A stretch of 64,000 bases of DNA from Arcobacteraceae bacterium (GCA_963662945.1 OY759974.1:1056001-1120000), one strand, 5' to 3'; numbered from the stretch's first letter, positions 48,705-59,373 are shown. A program made the numbers and translations. The notes: generated from the letters alone by a model not told the origin.

Positions 48705-49319
48705 TTACTTCTTATATAAAATTGATTGTCCAGAAGATACTTTATCTCCAATTTTAACTAATAAGTTATTGTTATTTTTTACAGTAATAATGGCTAAACC
48801 ATCTATAAAAAATGATACAACATCTCCTTGAGACAAGACTTTATCTTCACATTTTTCTATACCTATATTAAAAAATCCACTTATTAACTTTAATTTTAAA
48901 CTTACTTGATCATCATATGAAATAAATTTATAAACAATTTGTTCATTTAAAGTTTTTGCTTTTAAAGTATTAGGATCTAAATTTAATCCTTTATGATATT
49001 TTTTAACTTTTATTTCACCACTAAAAGGTGCCCGTACTGAATGATTATCACAAAGAGACACTTTACAATAGATTTTTAAATTTTCTCCAACACTATCAAT
49101 AGCTATTATCTTACCATCCACAGGAGATAAAACACTATCACTATTCTCATAAATATATCTCTTTGTATCTCTAAAAACATATAAAGTAAAAAGTGTAATT
49201 ACAAAAAATATGCATCCTAAAAAATCTGAAATAACACTTGCTAATATTGTTAATAAAGCTAAAACAAATAAAGGTTTAATACCTTTATTTGATATAAATC
49301 CTATGCTATTCATTTTCAT
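48705..49319 (-). CDS. Phosphatidylserine decarboxylase-related protein (lacks the cleavage motif)
   Basis: VFRD, LSPVDGKI, HSVRAPFSG and VKIGDKV. Follows ftsH. Confidence 0.75.
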   Translation of the reverse strand: MKMNSIGFISNKGIKPLFVLALLTILASVISDFLGCIFFVITLFTLYVFRDTKRYIYENSDSVLSPVDGKIIAIDSVGENLKIYCKVSLCDNHSVRAPFSGEIKVKKYHKGLNLDPNTLKAKTLNEQIVYKFISYDDQVSLKLKLISGFFNIGIEKCEDKVLSQGDVVSFFIDGLAIITVKNNNNLLVKIGDKVSSGQSILYKK

Positions 49320-51282
49320 TACTTTCATCGTGCTTTAAATCTTCATCATCATGAAGTTCTTCACCTTTATAAACTTCACCACCATTTTCTATAATAATCT
49401 CTTGAACTCTTTTCCCAGAAATCACCTCTTTATCTAATAATTCAGCTGTCATTTGTTCCATTGCTGCACTATTGTCTTTTAAAGTTTGAATAACTGCTTG
49501 ATATCTCTCTTCAAGTGTTCTTTTAATATAATCATCAAGTTTATGTGCCATTTCATCACTGTAATCTTTACTTGATTGTCCACCACCTAAAAATTGATTG
49601 TGTTGTTTATGTAATACCATAAGTCCTGCAATTTCAATATCACTCATACCATAGATTGTTGCCATAGATTTTATTATATCTGTCGCTCTGTCTAAATCAT
49701 TTCCAGCGCCCGTACTAATTTCACCTATAAAAACTTCTTCAGCTGCTCGTCCACCAAGTAAAGTATCAACTTCTGCTATTAATTCATGTTTTTGCATTAA
49801 ATATTTATTTTCTTCTGGAGTATTTAATGTGTATCCAAGTGCTGCTAAACCTCTTGGAACTATAGAAACTTTATTAACTTTTTTCGCACCTTTAGTAATC
49901 TCTGCAATAATAGCATGACCTGATTCATGGTAAGCTACAATTTCTCTTTCTTTTGGAGAAATTCGTCTACTTTTTTTCTCTAATCCAGCAATTTGTCTTT
50001 CAACTGCTTCTTTAAAATGATCTGGTCTAACCTCGTTATCTTCAGCTCTACCTGCAAGAAGTGCAGCTTCATTAATAACATTTGCTAAATCAGCTCCTGC
50101 CAATCCAGCTGTCATAACAGCAATCTCTCGCAAATCAACATCTTTTGCTATTTTTACATCTTTGATATGAACATTTAAAATTTCAATTCTACCTTCTAAA
50201 TCTGGCTTATCAACTAGAACTTGTCTATCAAATCTTCCAGGTCTTAAAAGAGCTGGGTCTAATACTTCTGGTCTATTTGTTGCAGCTAACACAATAACAG
50301 GTGCCCCAGCACTTGAAAATCCATCCATTTCTGCTAAAAGTTGATTTAATGTTTGCTCTCTTTCATCATTTCCACCCATACTTCCAGCACTAGCACGACT
50401 TTTACCAATAGCATCAATCTCATCTATAAAGATAATAGCAGGTGCTACTTTTTTAGCCTGTTCAAATAGATCTCTAACTCTACTTGCCCCAACTCCAACA
50501 AACATCTCTATGAAGCTTGAACCAGTTACACTTAAAAACTCAACATCAGCTTCACCTGCCACTGCTTTTGCTAAAAGTGTTTTTCCAGTTCCTGGAGGTC
50601 CTACAAGTAAAACACCTTTTGGAATTTGAGCTCCCAAATTCACATATCTATCAGGATTTCGTAAAAATTCCACAATCTCAGTAACTTCTTCTTTTGCTTC
50701 TTTGTTTCCTGCCATATCTTCAAATTTTACTTTAGGTTTTTCACTATTAATCATTTTTTTAGCGCCACCCATACCTAAAATTCCACCGGCACCACCACCA
50801 AGTGATTTTGACATTCTTCGTGCTAAAAACATCCAAATTGCAAAAAAGAAAAATAGTGGAAGAACCCAACCAAATAACATATCAGCTAGTAAATTTTGTT
50901 CGTTTACACCACCATAATCTATTCCCATTTTTTCTAATGTAGGGATTAAAGTATCATCATTTCCTACTTTCCTTGCTCTATATGTTGTGACTATGCCACC
51001 TACAGGTTTTGAAATAGCTTTGATATTGGTATCACCAATTCCAACATATTCTATTTCGCCATTGTTAATAAGTTTTTTAACATCAGAATATGCTACATTT
51101 TTACTAACACTTTGCCCATACGCTGGTTGACCAGAATTCACACTCATATCATCTGTTGGGAAAAAGCTTTTAAAAGCCATTATCGTTACGACTGAAAAAA
51201 TTACAAATACTATAATTGGGTTTTTATCAAAAAATCCATTTGAGTTATTGTTTTCATTTTTATTATTTTGCTTGTTATCCAT
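49306..51282 (-). CDS. ftsH: ATP-dependent zinc metalloprotease FtsH
   Basis: [17 protein letters not shown] motif and HESGH. Confidence 0.98.
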   Translation of the reverse strand: MDNKQNNKNENNNSNGFFDKNPIIVFVIFSVVTIMAFKSFFPTDDMSVNSGQPAYGQSVSKNVAYSDVKKLINNGEIEYVGIGDTNIKAISKPVGGIVTTYRARKVGNDDTLIPTLEKMGIDYGGVNEQNLLADMLFGWVLPLFFFFAIWMFLARRMSKSLGGGAGGILGMGGAKKMINSEKPKVKFEDMAGNKEAKEEVTEIVEFLRNPDRYVNLGAQIPKGVLLVGPPGTGKTLLAKAVAGEADVEFLSVTGSSFIEMFVGVGASRVRDLFEQAKKVAPAIIFIDEIDAIGKSRASAGSMGGNDEREQTLNQLLAEMDGFSSAGAPVIVLAATNRPEVLDPALLRPGRFDRQVLVDKPDLEGRIEILNVHIKDVKIAKDVDLREIAVMTAGLAGADLANVINEAALLAGRAEDNEVRPDHFKEAVERQIAGLEKKSRRISPKEREIVAYHESGHAIIAEITKGAKKVNKVSIVPRGLAALGYTLNTPEENKYLMQKHELIAEVDTLLGGRAAEEVFIGEISTGAGNDLDRATDIIKSMATIYGMSDIEIAGLMVLHKQHNQFLGGGQSSKDYSDEMAHKLDDYIKRTLEERYQAVIQTLKDNSAAMEQMTAELLDKEVISGKRVQEIIIENGGEVYKGEELHDDEDLKHDESNENE

Positions 51283-51291
51283 TTTTTTCCT

Positions 51292-52128
51292 TTAATTCAC
51301 TAACTTTTTAACTACAAGTGTTACCCACTCATTTTCTTGTAATTCTTCTACAATCTCACATTGTTTATTAAATTTATTTATTACTTTTTGTTTATGTTGT
51401 TCCATTATACCTGATAATATAATCATTCCATTTTCTTTTGTAATTTTTATTAAATCTTTTGATATCATTGTTAAAACGTCTGCAACAATATTTGCAATCA
51501 CTACATCATAACTTTCAGACGTACTATTTGCTGAACCTTCCCAAGACTTATTTACTGCTACATCATTTTGTGCAAAGTTTTTAATCGCATCTTCAACTGC
51601 AACTATATCTGTATCACAAATATCAACAATAGCACCTAATTTTGCAGCAGCAATACCTAAAATACCACTTCCACTTCCTACATCACAAACAGTCATATCT
51701 GCTTTTACATATTGTTCTACTGCTTTTAAACATCTATTTGTAGTTTCATGATGTCCTGAACCAAAAGCTAAAGTTGGATCTATAATAATATTTATTTTTT
51801 TGTCTTCTGGCTCACACCAACTTGGATGAATATAAAAATTTCCAACTTCTATTGGTTGTACACTTTGTTGATATGCTTGTATCCAATCAATATTTTCTTT
51901 TTTAGTTAAAGTTGTTTTACATTCTATTTGTGTATCAAATGCCAAACTTAATTCTTTTGCAAATGCAATAATTCCAGCTTCAATATCATCAAGTGTATCT
52001 TCACTTCGTATAATTATTGTTTCTTCATACTCTTCTATTGCATCTTCTGTTAGGCTTGATGCTAAATCTAAAAATAATTCATAGTATAAACTTGGCTGTA
52101 TTTGCAGCTCATAATAATATTTTTCCAA
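51292..52128 (-). CDS. prmA: Ribosomal protein L11 methyltransferase
   Basis: DPTLAFGSGHHETT, DVGSGSGIL, ANIVAD and LSGI. Confidence 0.95.
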   Translation of the reverse strand: MEKYYYELQIQPSLYYELFLDLASSLTEDAIEEYEETIIIRSEDTLDDIEAGIIAFAKELSLAFDTQIECKTTLTKKENIDWIQAYQQSVQPIEVGNFYIHPSWCEPEDKKINIIIDPTLAFGSGHHETTNRCLKAVEQYVKADMTVCDVGSGSGILGIAAAKLGAIVDICDTDIVAVEDAIKNFAQNDVAVNKSWEGSANSTSESYDVVIANIVADVLTMISKDLIKITKENGMIILSGIMEQHKQKVINKFNKQCEIVEELQENEWVTLVVKKLVN

Positions 52129-52229
52129 ATATCTACCTTATATAATTTTTTATAAATAGTGTAGATTTTATCTAAATTGATGTTTAAAATAGTTTAAATT
52201 TTATTTTTAAACGCAACTCATAATGATTG

Positions 52230-53228
52230 TTATTTTTTTAAAAATATTATTGTATCATCTTCATTGATTTCATATCTATAAACTTCTTGAAATCCAAACT
52301 GATTTATATCTATTTTTTTATCTGATTTTGTTTTTTTTGACAAAAATACTACAAGATAATCTATCTGTGTTTTTACATGGTCTAATAAATTATATCCACC
52401 TTCTATCATAACAAACTTTTTTGTTTTCAACAGTTCTAAACTATTTGAAATTTCTACTATTCTATTAGGAATATTAAATAGAGGTATTGTTGTATCAAAA
52501 TCATCTTTATTTGAATAAATTAAAATATCAGGGGAATTATTCAAATCACTAAATCTTGTATCTAGTGTTGGTCTATCTACTCTTACTGTTTGTCCACCTA
52601 TAACTAAGAGATCTAAATTATTTCTTATATTATGTACTAATTTTAAAGAATCTTTTGTGGTAATATACCCTCCATCAATTGTCCCATCAGCTCTCATTGC
52701 TAATTTAAAAAATACAAAATTTCCCTCTTGCCATTTTTTAAAAGGATAGAGTAACTCATCTGTTTGTTCTTTACAAATATCTATTTCAACTTCAATATTT
52801 GCATCTCTTAGTCTTTGCAAGCCACCTGCTGCATCAATGTTACAATCCATTGTACCAATATATACTTTTTTTATTTTAACAGCTTTTAATAACATTGCAC
52901 AAGCTGGTGTTTTGCCGATATGATTACAAGGTTCTAAAGTAACATATATTTCACAATCTTTAAAAAAGTCATTATGATTTTTGATTAAATAATTATGTAT
53001 ATCTAAAGAATCTTCTAAATCTTTCAGTTCAGAATCACTATAGTATTTTAAATAGGCAACTTTCAGTGCTAAAACTTCTGCATGTGGAGAACCTGCTTTT
53101 TTATGAGCTTCAACAGATATCACTTCTCCATTCTTTACAACAGTGGCACCAACGGCAGGATTTGGATAAGTTAAAAATTGATATTTCCACGCTTCTTGGA
53201 TAGCTAATTGCATAAATTTCTTATTCAT
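52230..53228 (-). CDS. ribD: Bifunctional riboflavin biosynthesis deaminase/reductase
   Basis: PNPAVG, HAE, TLEPCNH.GKTPAC and IEGG. Confidence 0.95.
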   Translation of the reverse strand: MNKKFMQLAIQEAWKYQFLTYPNPAVGATVVKNGEVISVEAHKKAGSPHAEVLALKVAYLKYYSDSELKDLEDSLDIHNYLIKNHNDFFKDCEIYVTLEPCNHIGKTPACAMLLKAVKIKKVYIGTMDCNIDAAGGLQRLRDANIEVEIDICKEQTDELLYPFKKWQEGNFVFFKLAMRADGTIDGGYITTKDSLKLVHNIRNNLDLLVIGGQTVRVDRPTLDTRFSDLNNSPDILIYSNKDDFDTTIPLFNIPNRIVEISNSLELLKTKKFVMIEGGYNLLDHVKTQIDYLVVFLSKKTKSDKKIDINQFGFQEVYRYEINEDDTIIFLKK

Positions 53229-53285
53229 CGATTGTATTCTTTTTGATTTATTGATTTGTAGTGTAGCAAATTTTGGTTGAATTGT

Positions 53286-53317
53286 AAAAGAGTTGAAAAG
53301 GAATACAACTCTTTTTT
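53286..53317. terminator. Intrinsic terminator hairpin
   Basis: AAAAGAGTTG-10 nt loop-CAACTCTTTT(TT). Confidence 0.8.
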
Positions 53318-53348
53318 ATCTTATGTATATATCTCTTGTTAAATTTCG
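53286..53348 (-). ncRNA. Candidate ~60-nt sRNA
   Basis: Lies between a TACAAT box (53355-53360) and the terminator. No usable ORF. Loop reads UAUUCCUUUU. Confidence 0.4.
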
Positions 53349-53365
53349 TACCTAATTGTAATAAG

Positions 53366-53387
53366 TGAAAATGAAATGAAAATGAAA
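53366..53387 (-). promoter_or_regulatory. 11-bp tandem direct repeat, candidate OmpR/PhoB-family box
   Basis: TTTCATTTTCA twice, 5 nt upstream of TACAAT, next to an OmpR-type two-component system. Confidence 0.55.
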
Positions 53388-53410
53388 TAGTATGCAAGAA
53401 TAAAAAGAAT

Positions 53411-54751
53411 TTAAAAAATAATCTCTACTTTTGTCCATTTTCCTATTTCTGATTCTATATTAATTGAAGCATTATGAAGTTCTACACTATTTTTTACAAT
53501 ACTTAAACCCAAACCAAATCCCTTTATTTTTTTATTTCTAGATTCTTCAACTCTATAAAATCGATTCATAACTTTCTCTAATTGTTCTTGAGATATACCA
53601 ATACCTTCATCCTCAACGACAAAATGAATTTTCTCTTGTTTTGTAAACAAAGATATAAAAATATTTTTATCTTTAGGTGTATACTTTATTGCATTATCTA
53701 TAATATTAGAAAATATTGTACTTAATAATAATTGATTTCCATGAAATGTTATAGATTCAAATCGTTTTAAATGTAATTTAATATTTTTATCTTTTAGTTG
53801 TTTATTATATTTATTTACAATTTCTAATAAAATAGAATCTAAACTACAAGAAGTAAAAGTATGTTCTATATTTTCTTTAGTGTATTTTGTTAACATTAAA
53901 AGATTATCAACTATTGTTTGAATTTGATTAGCTTCACTTTGAATTGTTTCTAAACTTTTTATATAATATTCAGGTTCTCTTATTTTATTAAGTGTAATCT
54001 CAATTTCTCCCCTTATAACTGTAAGTGGAGTTTTTAATTCATGGGATACATCACTATTAAATTGCTCTAACAGTTCCACTCCACTTTTTAACCTTTGAAT
54101 CATTTTATTAAAAGAATCAACTAAATCTTTTATCTCATCATCGTATTTTGGTTGTGGTATCTGCTGTGATAAATCTGTTACATATATTGTATTTGCTGTT
54201 TGAGTAATATTTTTAATAGATTTAAGAATTTTATCTGTTAATTTACTTGCTATAAAAATTAACAAAAAGAATAATATTGGTTCTAAAACCATTAATATCT
54301 CTTTTATTTTTTGTGTATCTTTACTAATTTCTGCATTAATATTTTGTTCTAAGAAAAAAATCGCACCATCAAAAGGTTCAGTAATTTTAAAAATATATAA
54401 TCCATTTAACACTCTTCCTTCATTAAAAACAAAAAATGATTTTTTTTCTTTTGAAAAAGGCAATAAATGTGTAAAATCAATATTACCTTTTTTAAATATT
54501 ATTTTATCTTCTTTAACAATTGCCACTTCAAATGATTTTAATTCTTGATTTTCAAGGAGATCCTCAATTGATTTTTTTGCTTTTATACTATCATTGATAA
54601 ATACAGCTTTATTGTAAAGTTTATTTTGAATACTTAATTTTGTATTTTGTTCTAAAAAATGATATATTGCTACATTAAAAAATACAAGAATAAGAATAGT
54701 TGCTGCTCCAAACCAAAATAAAACTTTAGTTTTTAAACTTTTAAACTTCAA
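53411..54751 (-). CDS. Sensor histidine kinase (HAMP-HisKA-HATPase)
   Basis: SHELKTPL, NIIDNAIKY, DEGIGI and GFGLGLSI. Confidence 0.95.
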   Translation of the reverse strand: MKFKSLKTKVLFWFGAATILILVFFNVAIYHFLEQNTKLSIQNKLYNKAVFINDSIKAKKSIEDLLENQELKSFEVAIVKEDKIIFKKGNIDFTHLLPFSKEKKSFFVFNEGRVLNGLYIFKITEPFDGAIFFLEQNINAEISKDTQKIKEILMVLEPILFFLLIFIASKLTDKILKSIKNITQTANTIYVTDLSQQIPQPKYDDEIKDLVDSFNKMIQRLKSGVELLEQFNSDVSHELKTPLTVIRGEIEITLNKIREPEYYIKSLETIQSEANQIQTIVDNLLMLTKYTKENIEHTFTSCSLDSILLEIVNKYNKQLKDKNIKLHLKRFESITFHGNQLLLSTIFSNIIDNAIKYTPKDKNIFISLFTKQEKIHFVVEDEGIGISQEQLEKVMNRFYRVEESRNKKIKGFGLGLSIVKNSVELHNASINIESEIGKWTKVEIIF

Positions 54752-55397
54752 TTTTATAACCTAAACCACGTGAACTTTTAATAAAATCTTTCGATATTTT
54801 TTTTCGCAAGTTATAAATAGTTACCTGAATTACATTACTATTAATATATTCTTCATTTCCCCATAATTGCTCTTCTATCATTGCATTTGATACTGTTTTA
54901 TTTTTATTTTTAATTAAAAATAATAAAAGCTCATACTCTTTTTGAGTTAAAAGTATATCAACATCGTCTTTCTTGACACTTTTTGCATCTAAATCAATAG
55001 TAAGATCTTTTATGTGTATTATATTTGTATTAGAAGAGATTGATCTTCTATAAAGTGCTATAGCTCGTGCTTGTAGTTCCTTAAAACTAAAAGGTTTACA
55101 CATATAATCATCTGCACCACTTGTTAATCCTAAAACCCTATTATCAATTTCATCTTTTGCAGTAAGCATAATGACAGGTGTAGAAACATTTTGTTCCCTA
55201 ATTGATTTAAGAATCTCTATTCCATTTTTACTTGGAAGCATCCAATCAAGTATTATGATATCATAACTATTTGTTGTAATAAGATATTCTGCTTCTTCTC
55301 CATCACTGGAGCTATCTATTATGTATCCCTCTTCTTCAAAACCTCTTTTTAATAAAGAGAGAATATTTTCATCATCTTCAACTATTAAAATTTTCAT
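54741..55397 (-). CDS. OmpR-family response regulator
   Basis: VEDD, LDWMLP, GADDY..KPF and a wHTH domain ending RGLGY. Confidence 0.96.
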   Translation of the reverse strand: MKILIVEDDENILSLLKRGFEEEGYIIDSSSDGEEAEYLITTNSYDIIILDWMLPSKNGIEILKSIREQNVSTPVIMLTAKDEIDNRVLGLTSGADDYMCKPFSFKELQARAIALYRRSISSNTNIIHIKDLTIDLDAKSVKKDDVDILLTQKEYELLLFLIKNKNKTVSNAMIEEQLWGNEEYINSNVIQVTIYNLRKKISKDFIKSSRGLGYKIEV

Positions 55398-55450
55398 TTT
55401 TACCTCATTGAAAATAAAATATTAGATATTTAGTTTTCTTCTATTTTTTA

Positions 55451-55894
55451 TTAATTCCAGTCAAAATAAGTGGCTGCAGATAATATATCATCAAATTGTA
55501 TCTCAATTTTATTGTTATCGCAATCATTTATAACTATTAATCCATCATCAGATACTTCAAGAAGTTTTCCTTTATGTACTTCAGTTGAATAAAGTTTAAT
55601 TTTTACATCAGATCCAATTGAACATTTAAAATGATGTAATGTTTTTAATTTTCTTTCAATTCCAGGACTACTTACCTCTAAATTATACTTCCCATTCATC
55701 GGTTCATGAATATCTAGAAGTGGAGATATCATTCGACTGACATGAGCACATTGATCAAGATTCACTCCATCTTTTGATGTAATATATACCCTTAAAATAT
55801 TTGTTTTATGTTCTTTGGTCATTTGAATATCGTAAAGATCGACACCACAACCTTCAACTGCTAATTTTATAGATTCTTCTAATTGTTGTTCCAT
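55451..55894 (-). CDS. rimP: Ribosome maturation factor RimP
   Basis: YNLEVSSPGIERKL. Confidence 0.95.
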   Translation of the reverse strand: MEQQLEESIKLAVEGCGVDLYDIQMTKEHKTNILRVYITSKDGVNLDQCAHVSRMISPLLDIHEPMNGKYNLEVSSPGIERKLKTLHHFKCSIGSDVKIKLYSTEVHKGKLLEVSDDGLIVINDCDNNKIEIQFDDILSAATYFDWN

Positions 55895-55897
55895 AAA

Positions 55898-56278
55898 TTA
55901 ATTTCCTTCTGTAGAAGTATTATCTTCTTTTTTCGTTGCAATTTGAGCAAATAAATCTTCCAATCTTTTACTTCTTTCAATATCTTCATCTTTAATGAAC
56001 TCAAAATTTGGACATTTATACCAACCTGTTGCATTTAATATATATGACTTTAATCTGCCATTTACTTTTCTTAATGTTGCTCTTATAACTTTAAGTTCAG
56101 CATTGTCAAAATCACTTCCATCAAAATAAACTTTTGCATCATATTTACCATTTTTACAATCTACATCTGTAATTGTTAAAGATTTAACATATGGATCATT
56201 TAAACTGCTAAGTGCTTCAGGGATAAGCTCCATCAAAAGTGATTGAGTTCGTTGTAAGTTTATACTTTTTTCTTTCAT
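55898..56278 (-). CDS. rbfA: Ribosome-binding factor A
   Basis: ITDVDC..GKYDAKVY and GWYKCP. Follows infB. Confidence 0.92.
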   Translation of the reverse strand: MKEKSINLQRTQSLLMELIPEALSSLNDPYVKSLTITDVDCKNGKYDAKVYFDGSDFDNAELKVIRATLRKVNGRLKSYILNATGWYKCPNFEFIKDEDIERSKRLEDLFAQIATKKEDNTSTEGN

Positions 56279-56303
56279 ATTCTTTCCATTATTGATCATC
56301 TAA

Positions 56304-56406
56304 AAAAGTTCATAGATGTATAAGATTTTGCAAAACTCTGTATGAAAATGTACTTTAGTACCTCAAATGCAGAGTTTTGTGAAAGATTGTGCATCTATGC
56401 ACTTTT
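56304..56406 (+). repeat. 103-bp imperfect palindrome (REP/MITE-like hairpin)
   Basis: Outer 20-bp and inner 15-bp stems with G-T wobbles. Centre GTACTTTAGTAC. Confidence 0.75.
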
Positions 56407-56407
56407 C

Positions 56408-59125
56408 TTAATCTATTGTTTGTTCTTCTTTATGTTCTATAAATGTTTCGATGTAGTCATTAACTCTAATATCATTATAACTCTCAAAGATAATACCACA
56501 CTCATAACCATTAGATACTTCTTTAACATCATCTTTAAATCGTTTAAGAGATTTAATTGCACCTGTGTACACAACTACACCATCTCTAATAATTCTAGCC
56601 AATCCACCTCGTACAACTTTACCATCAGTAACTCTACATCCAGCAACTGTACCAACTTTTGGTACAACAAATGTATCAAGTACATTTGCTTGACCAGTAT
56701 TTTCTTCAATAACAATTGTACTCATCATACCTGAAAGTGTAGCTTTAATGTCATCTAAAAGTGCATAAATTATACTGTATGTTTTTATCTCAATACCTTC
56801 AGCTTTTGCTTTAGTTTTTACACTTCCTGTAGGTCTTACATTGAATCCTAAAATAATACAATCATCACTAGCACTAGCCATCGCTACGTCTGCTTCAGTT
56901 ATTCCACCAACACCTGCAGAGATAATTTTTACTTTTACCTCGTCATTTTTAATTGCTTCTAAACTAGCTTTAATCGCTTCTAGACTTCCACCTGCATCAG
57001 CTTTTAAAATTACTGGTAATGCTTTAATTTTACCCTCAGCAATAAGTCCAGCCATCTCATCTAAACTTACTTTTGTAGAAGCACTTAATTCTTTTGCTCT
57101 TGCATGGTCAGCTCTTGTAGTTGCAATCTCTTTTGCTTCTGCAGCACTATTTTGGGCAACAAGATGAGAACCTGTTGGTGGTACATCATTAAGCCCAACA
57201 ACTTGTCCTGTTCTACTTAAACCTAATTCTTTTACTGGTTGACCTTGATCATCAAGTAAAGCTTTTACTCTACCAAATGTTGTATCAGCAACAACATTAT
57301 CACCAATTTTTAGTGTACCACTTTGTACAATAACTGTAGCAACTGGACCTCTTCCTTTAACTTGTAAAGATTCAATTACAGTTGCTTTAGCCAATGCACT
57401 TGGATCAGCTTGAAGTTCTAATAGTTCAGCTTGAATTAAAATATTTTCTAATAGATCTTCAATACCTTCTCCTGTATGTGCAGAAACTGGAATAAACTCA
57501 AAATCTCCACCCCAATCAACAGGACTCATCCCTTGTTCTGCCATACCAGCTTTTACCATATCCATATTTGCTGATTCTTTATCTATTTTATTTACCGCAA
57601 CTATAATTGGTGCACCACTTTCACGTGCTGCTTTAATAGACTCTACTGTTTGTGGTTTTACACCATCATCAGCAGCAACTACTAAAATAATAATATCCGT
57701 AACACTTGCGCCTCTTTGTCTCATTGCACTAAATGCCTCATGTCCTGGAGTATCTACAAAAGTGATATCTTGACCATTTTTATTGATTGTGTATGCACTA
57801 ATATGTTGTGTAATTCCACCAGCTTCTCCAGCTGCAACTCTACTACTTCTTATTTTATCTAAAAGTGATGTTTTACCATGGTCAACATGTCCCATAATTG
57901 TAACAACTGGTGGTCTTGTTACAAAATTAGATTTATCTATTTCTTCTTCATGGTAATCTTCAACATAGTTTACATCTTCTAACTCATCCTTGATTGTAAT
58001 ATCTATTCCATACTCTTCACCAAGAATTTCTATTTCGTCATTTCCTAAAAAGTCATTTTTTGTAACCATCATACCTAGCATGAAAAGTTTACCGATTACA
58101 TCACCTGCAGACTTTCCAATTTTTTCTGCAAATTCATAAACTCTACACTCTTCAGGTATTGTAACTTCTGTTATCTCTACCTCTTCTGCAACTTTTTTAT
58201 ACTTTTTCTTTTTCTTTCCTCTTTTAAGACCTCGAGGTTGATTTCCAAATGCACTAGGTTTAGTTGTTCTTATATTTTTTGGTTTTGGCGTTTCTTGTAA
58301 AAATTTTGATGTTTCCATTAAACCTAAGTCAAGTAAAACAACCTCTTCACCCATTAATGACTCATCTGGTTCTTTAAACTCATCACGCTCAGGTTCTACC
58401 ATAAGTTTTTTACCGTGGTCATGTGCTTTTGCTGCAGTTTTTGGTTTTGCTTTTTTCGGTTTTGGAGAATATTCTTCCTGTAAATCAGCACTTGCACCAA
58501 ATAACTCACTCATAGAAGCCATTTTTTGCTTTTTAGACTGAGGTTCAGCTGGAATATGAGATATTACTGGTTTTTTCTTTTTAACAATTGTAAGTCCTCT
58601 TTTTTTCAGAACTACTTTATCATTATCTTTACCAGACATAATATCATCTTCTTCAGCACTTGTTACCTCTTCAACAGGCTTTTCTTTAGCAATAGGTGTT
58701 ACAACAGGCTTCTCTTCTTCTTTAGCTTTAACTTCAACTGTAACTTTAGCCTCTTTTTCTACTTCTGACTCAATTTCAGATTCAGCAGTTTTCTTTTGAA
58801 CAATTTTTAATTCTTTTCGCTTAGGTAACTCTTTAGCTTTAGAAACTTTCTTTTCTTCTTTTTCTGTCTCTTGAGATTTTGTTTCTTGTACTTTTTCTTC
58901 TTTTTTAGCTTCAGTTTTTTTCTTTGATGCTGTTTCTTTTTTAGGTTTTAATAACTTACTTGTTCCAGTCATTATATACCCTGCTATCTCTTCTGCTTCT
59001 TCAAAAGAAACTGAGCTTTGTGGTGATTTTAAAACTATTGCTAAATCTGCTGCTTTTTTTATTACTTCTGCACTTGTAGAACCAGCTTCTTCTGCTATTT
59101 CAAAAACCCTAACTTTGTCATCCAT
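56408..59125 (-). CDS. infB: Translation initiation factor IF-2
   Basis: GHVDHGKT, DTPGH, NKID and SLKRFKDDV.EV. Confidence 0.98.
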   Translation of the reverse strand: MDDKVRVFEIAEEAGSTSAEVIKKAADLAIVLKSPQSSVSFEEAEEIAGYIMTGTSKLLKPKKETASKKKTEAKKEEKVQETKSQETEKEEKKVSKAKELPKRKELKIVQKKTAESEIESEVEKEAKVTVEVKAKEEEKPVVTPIAKEKPVEEVTSAEEDDIMSGKDNDKVVLKKRGLTIVKKKKPVISHIPAEPQSKKQKMASMSELFGASADLQEEYSPKPKKAKPKTAAKAHDHGKKLMVEPERDEFKEPDESLMGEEVVLLDLGLMETSKFLQETPKPKNIRTTKPSAFGNQPRGLKRGKKKKKYKKVAEEVEITEVTIPEECRVYEFAEKIGKSAGDVIGKLFMLGMMVTKNDFLGNDEIEILGEEYGIDITIKDELEDVNYVEDYHEEEIDKSNFVTRPPVVTIMGHVDHGKTSLLDKIRSSRVAAGEAGGITQHISAYTINKNGQDITFVDTPGHEAFSAMRQRGASVTDIIILVVAADDGVKPQTVESIKAARESGAPIIVAVNKIDKESANMDMVKAGMAEQGMSPVDWGGDFEFIPVSAHTGEGIEDLLENILIQAELLELQADPSALAKATVIESLQVKGRGPVATVIVQSGTLKIGDNVVADTTFGRVKALLDDQGQPVKELGLSRTGQVVGLNDVPPTGSHLVAQNSAAEAKEIATTRADHARAKELSASTKVSLDEMAGLIAEGKIKALPVILKADAGGSLEAIKASLEAIKNDEVKVKIISAGVGGITEADVAMASASDDCIILGFNVRPTGSVKTKAKAEGIEIKTYSIIYALLDDIKATLSGMMSTIVIEENTGQANVLDTFVVPKVGTVAGCRVTDGKVVRGGLARIIRDGVVVYTGAIKSLKRFKDDVKEVSNGYECGIIFESYNDIRVNDYIETFIEHKEEQTID

Positions 59126-59357
59126 TCGCGAATATCTCCCTTAATTGTACGATATAATTATCTTTATTTTTACAAATTCTATACAATGATTTTTCTAATT
59201 TCTTTTCATCTTTTAAACAATCATCGCATATATAAAAACTTCTCCCTATTCCAGTGAATGGACTAAGCTTTTTTTCATTACATTGCAATCTATTTAATAA
59301 TTTTTGTGAAAATTTTAATCTACAAACTACACAAGTTCTTATCGTTATTTTCAACAT
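59118..59357 (-). CDS. ylxR: YlxR/DUF448 protein
   Basis: IRTCVVCR and GRSFYIC..C. Upstream of infB. Confidence 0.85.
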   Translation of the reverse strand: MLKITIRTCVVCRLKFSQKLLNRLQCNEKKLSPFTGIGRSFYICDDCLKDEKKLEKSLYRICKNKDNYIVQLREIFANG

Positions 59358-59373
59358 TTTATCTAAATTGCCC

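Noticed and set aside
47816-48831. ORFs 47816-48082, 48371-48577 and 48625-48831
   Set aside because: Spurious translations of tRNA genes.
58190-59000. Low-complexity K/E-rich repetitive DNA
   Set aside because: Normal variable N-terminal region of IF-2.
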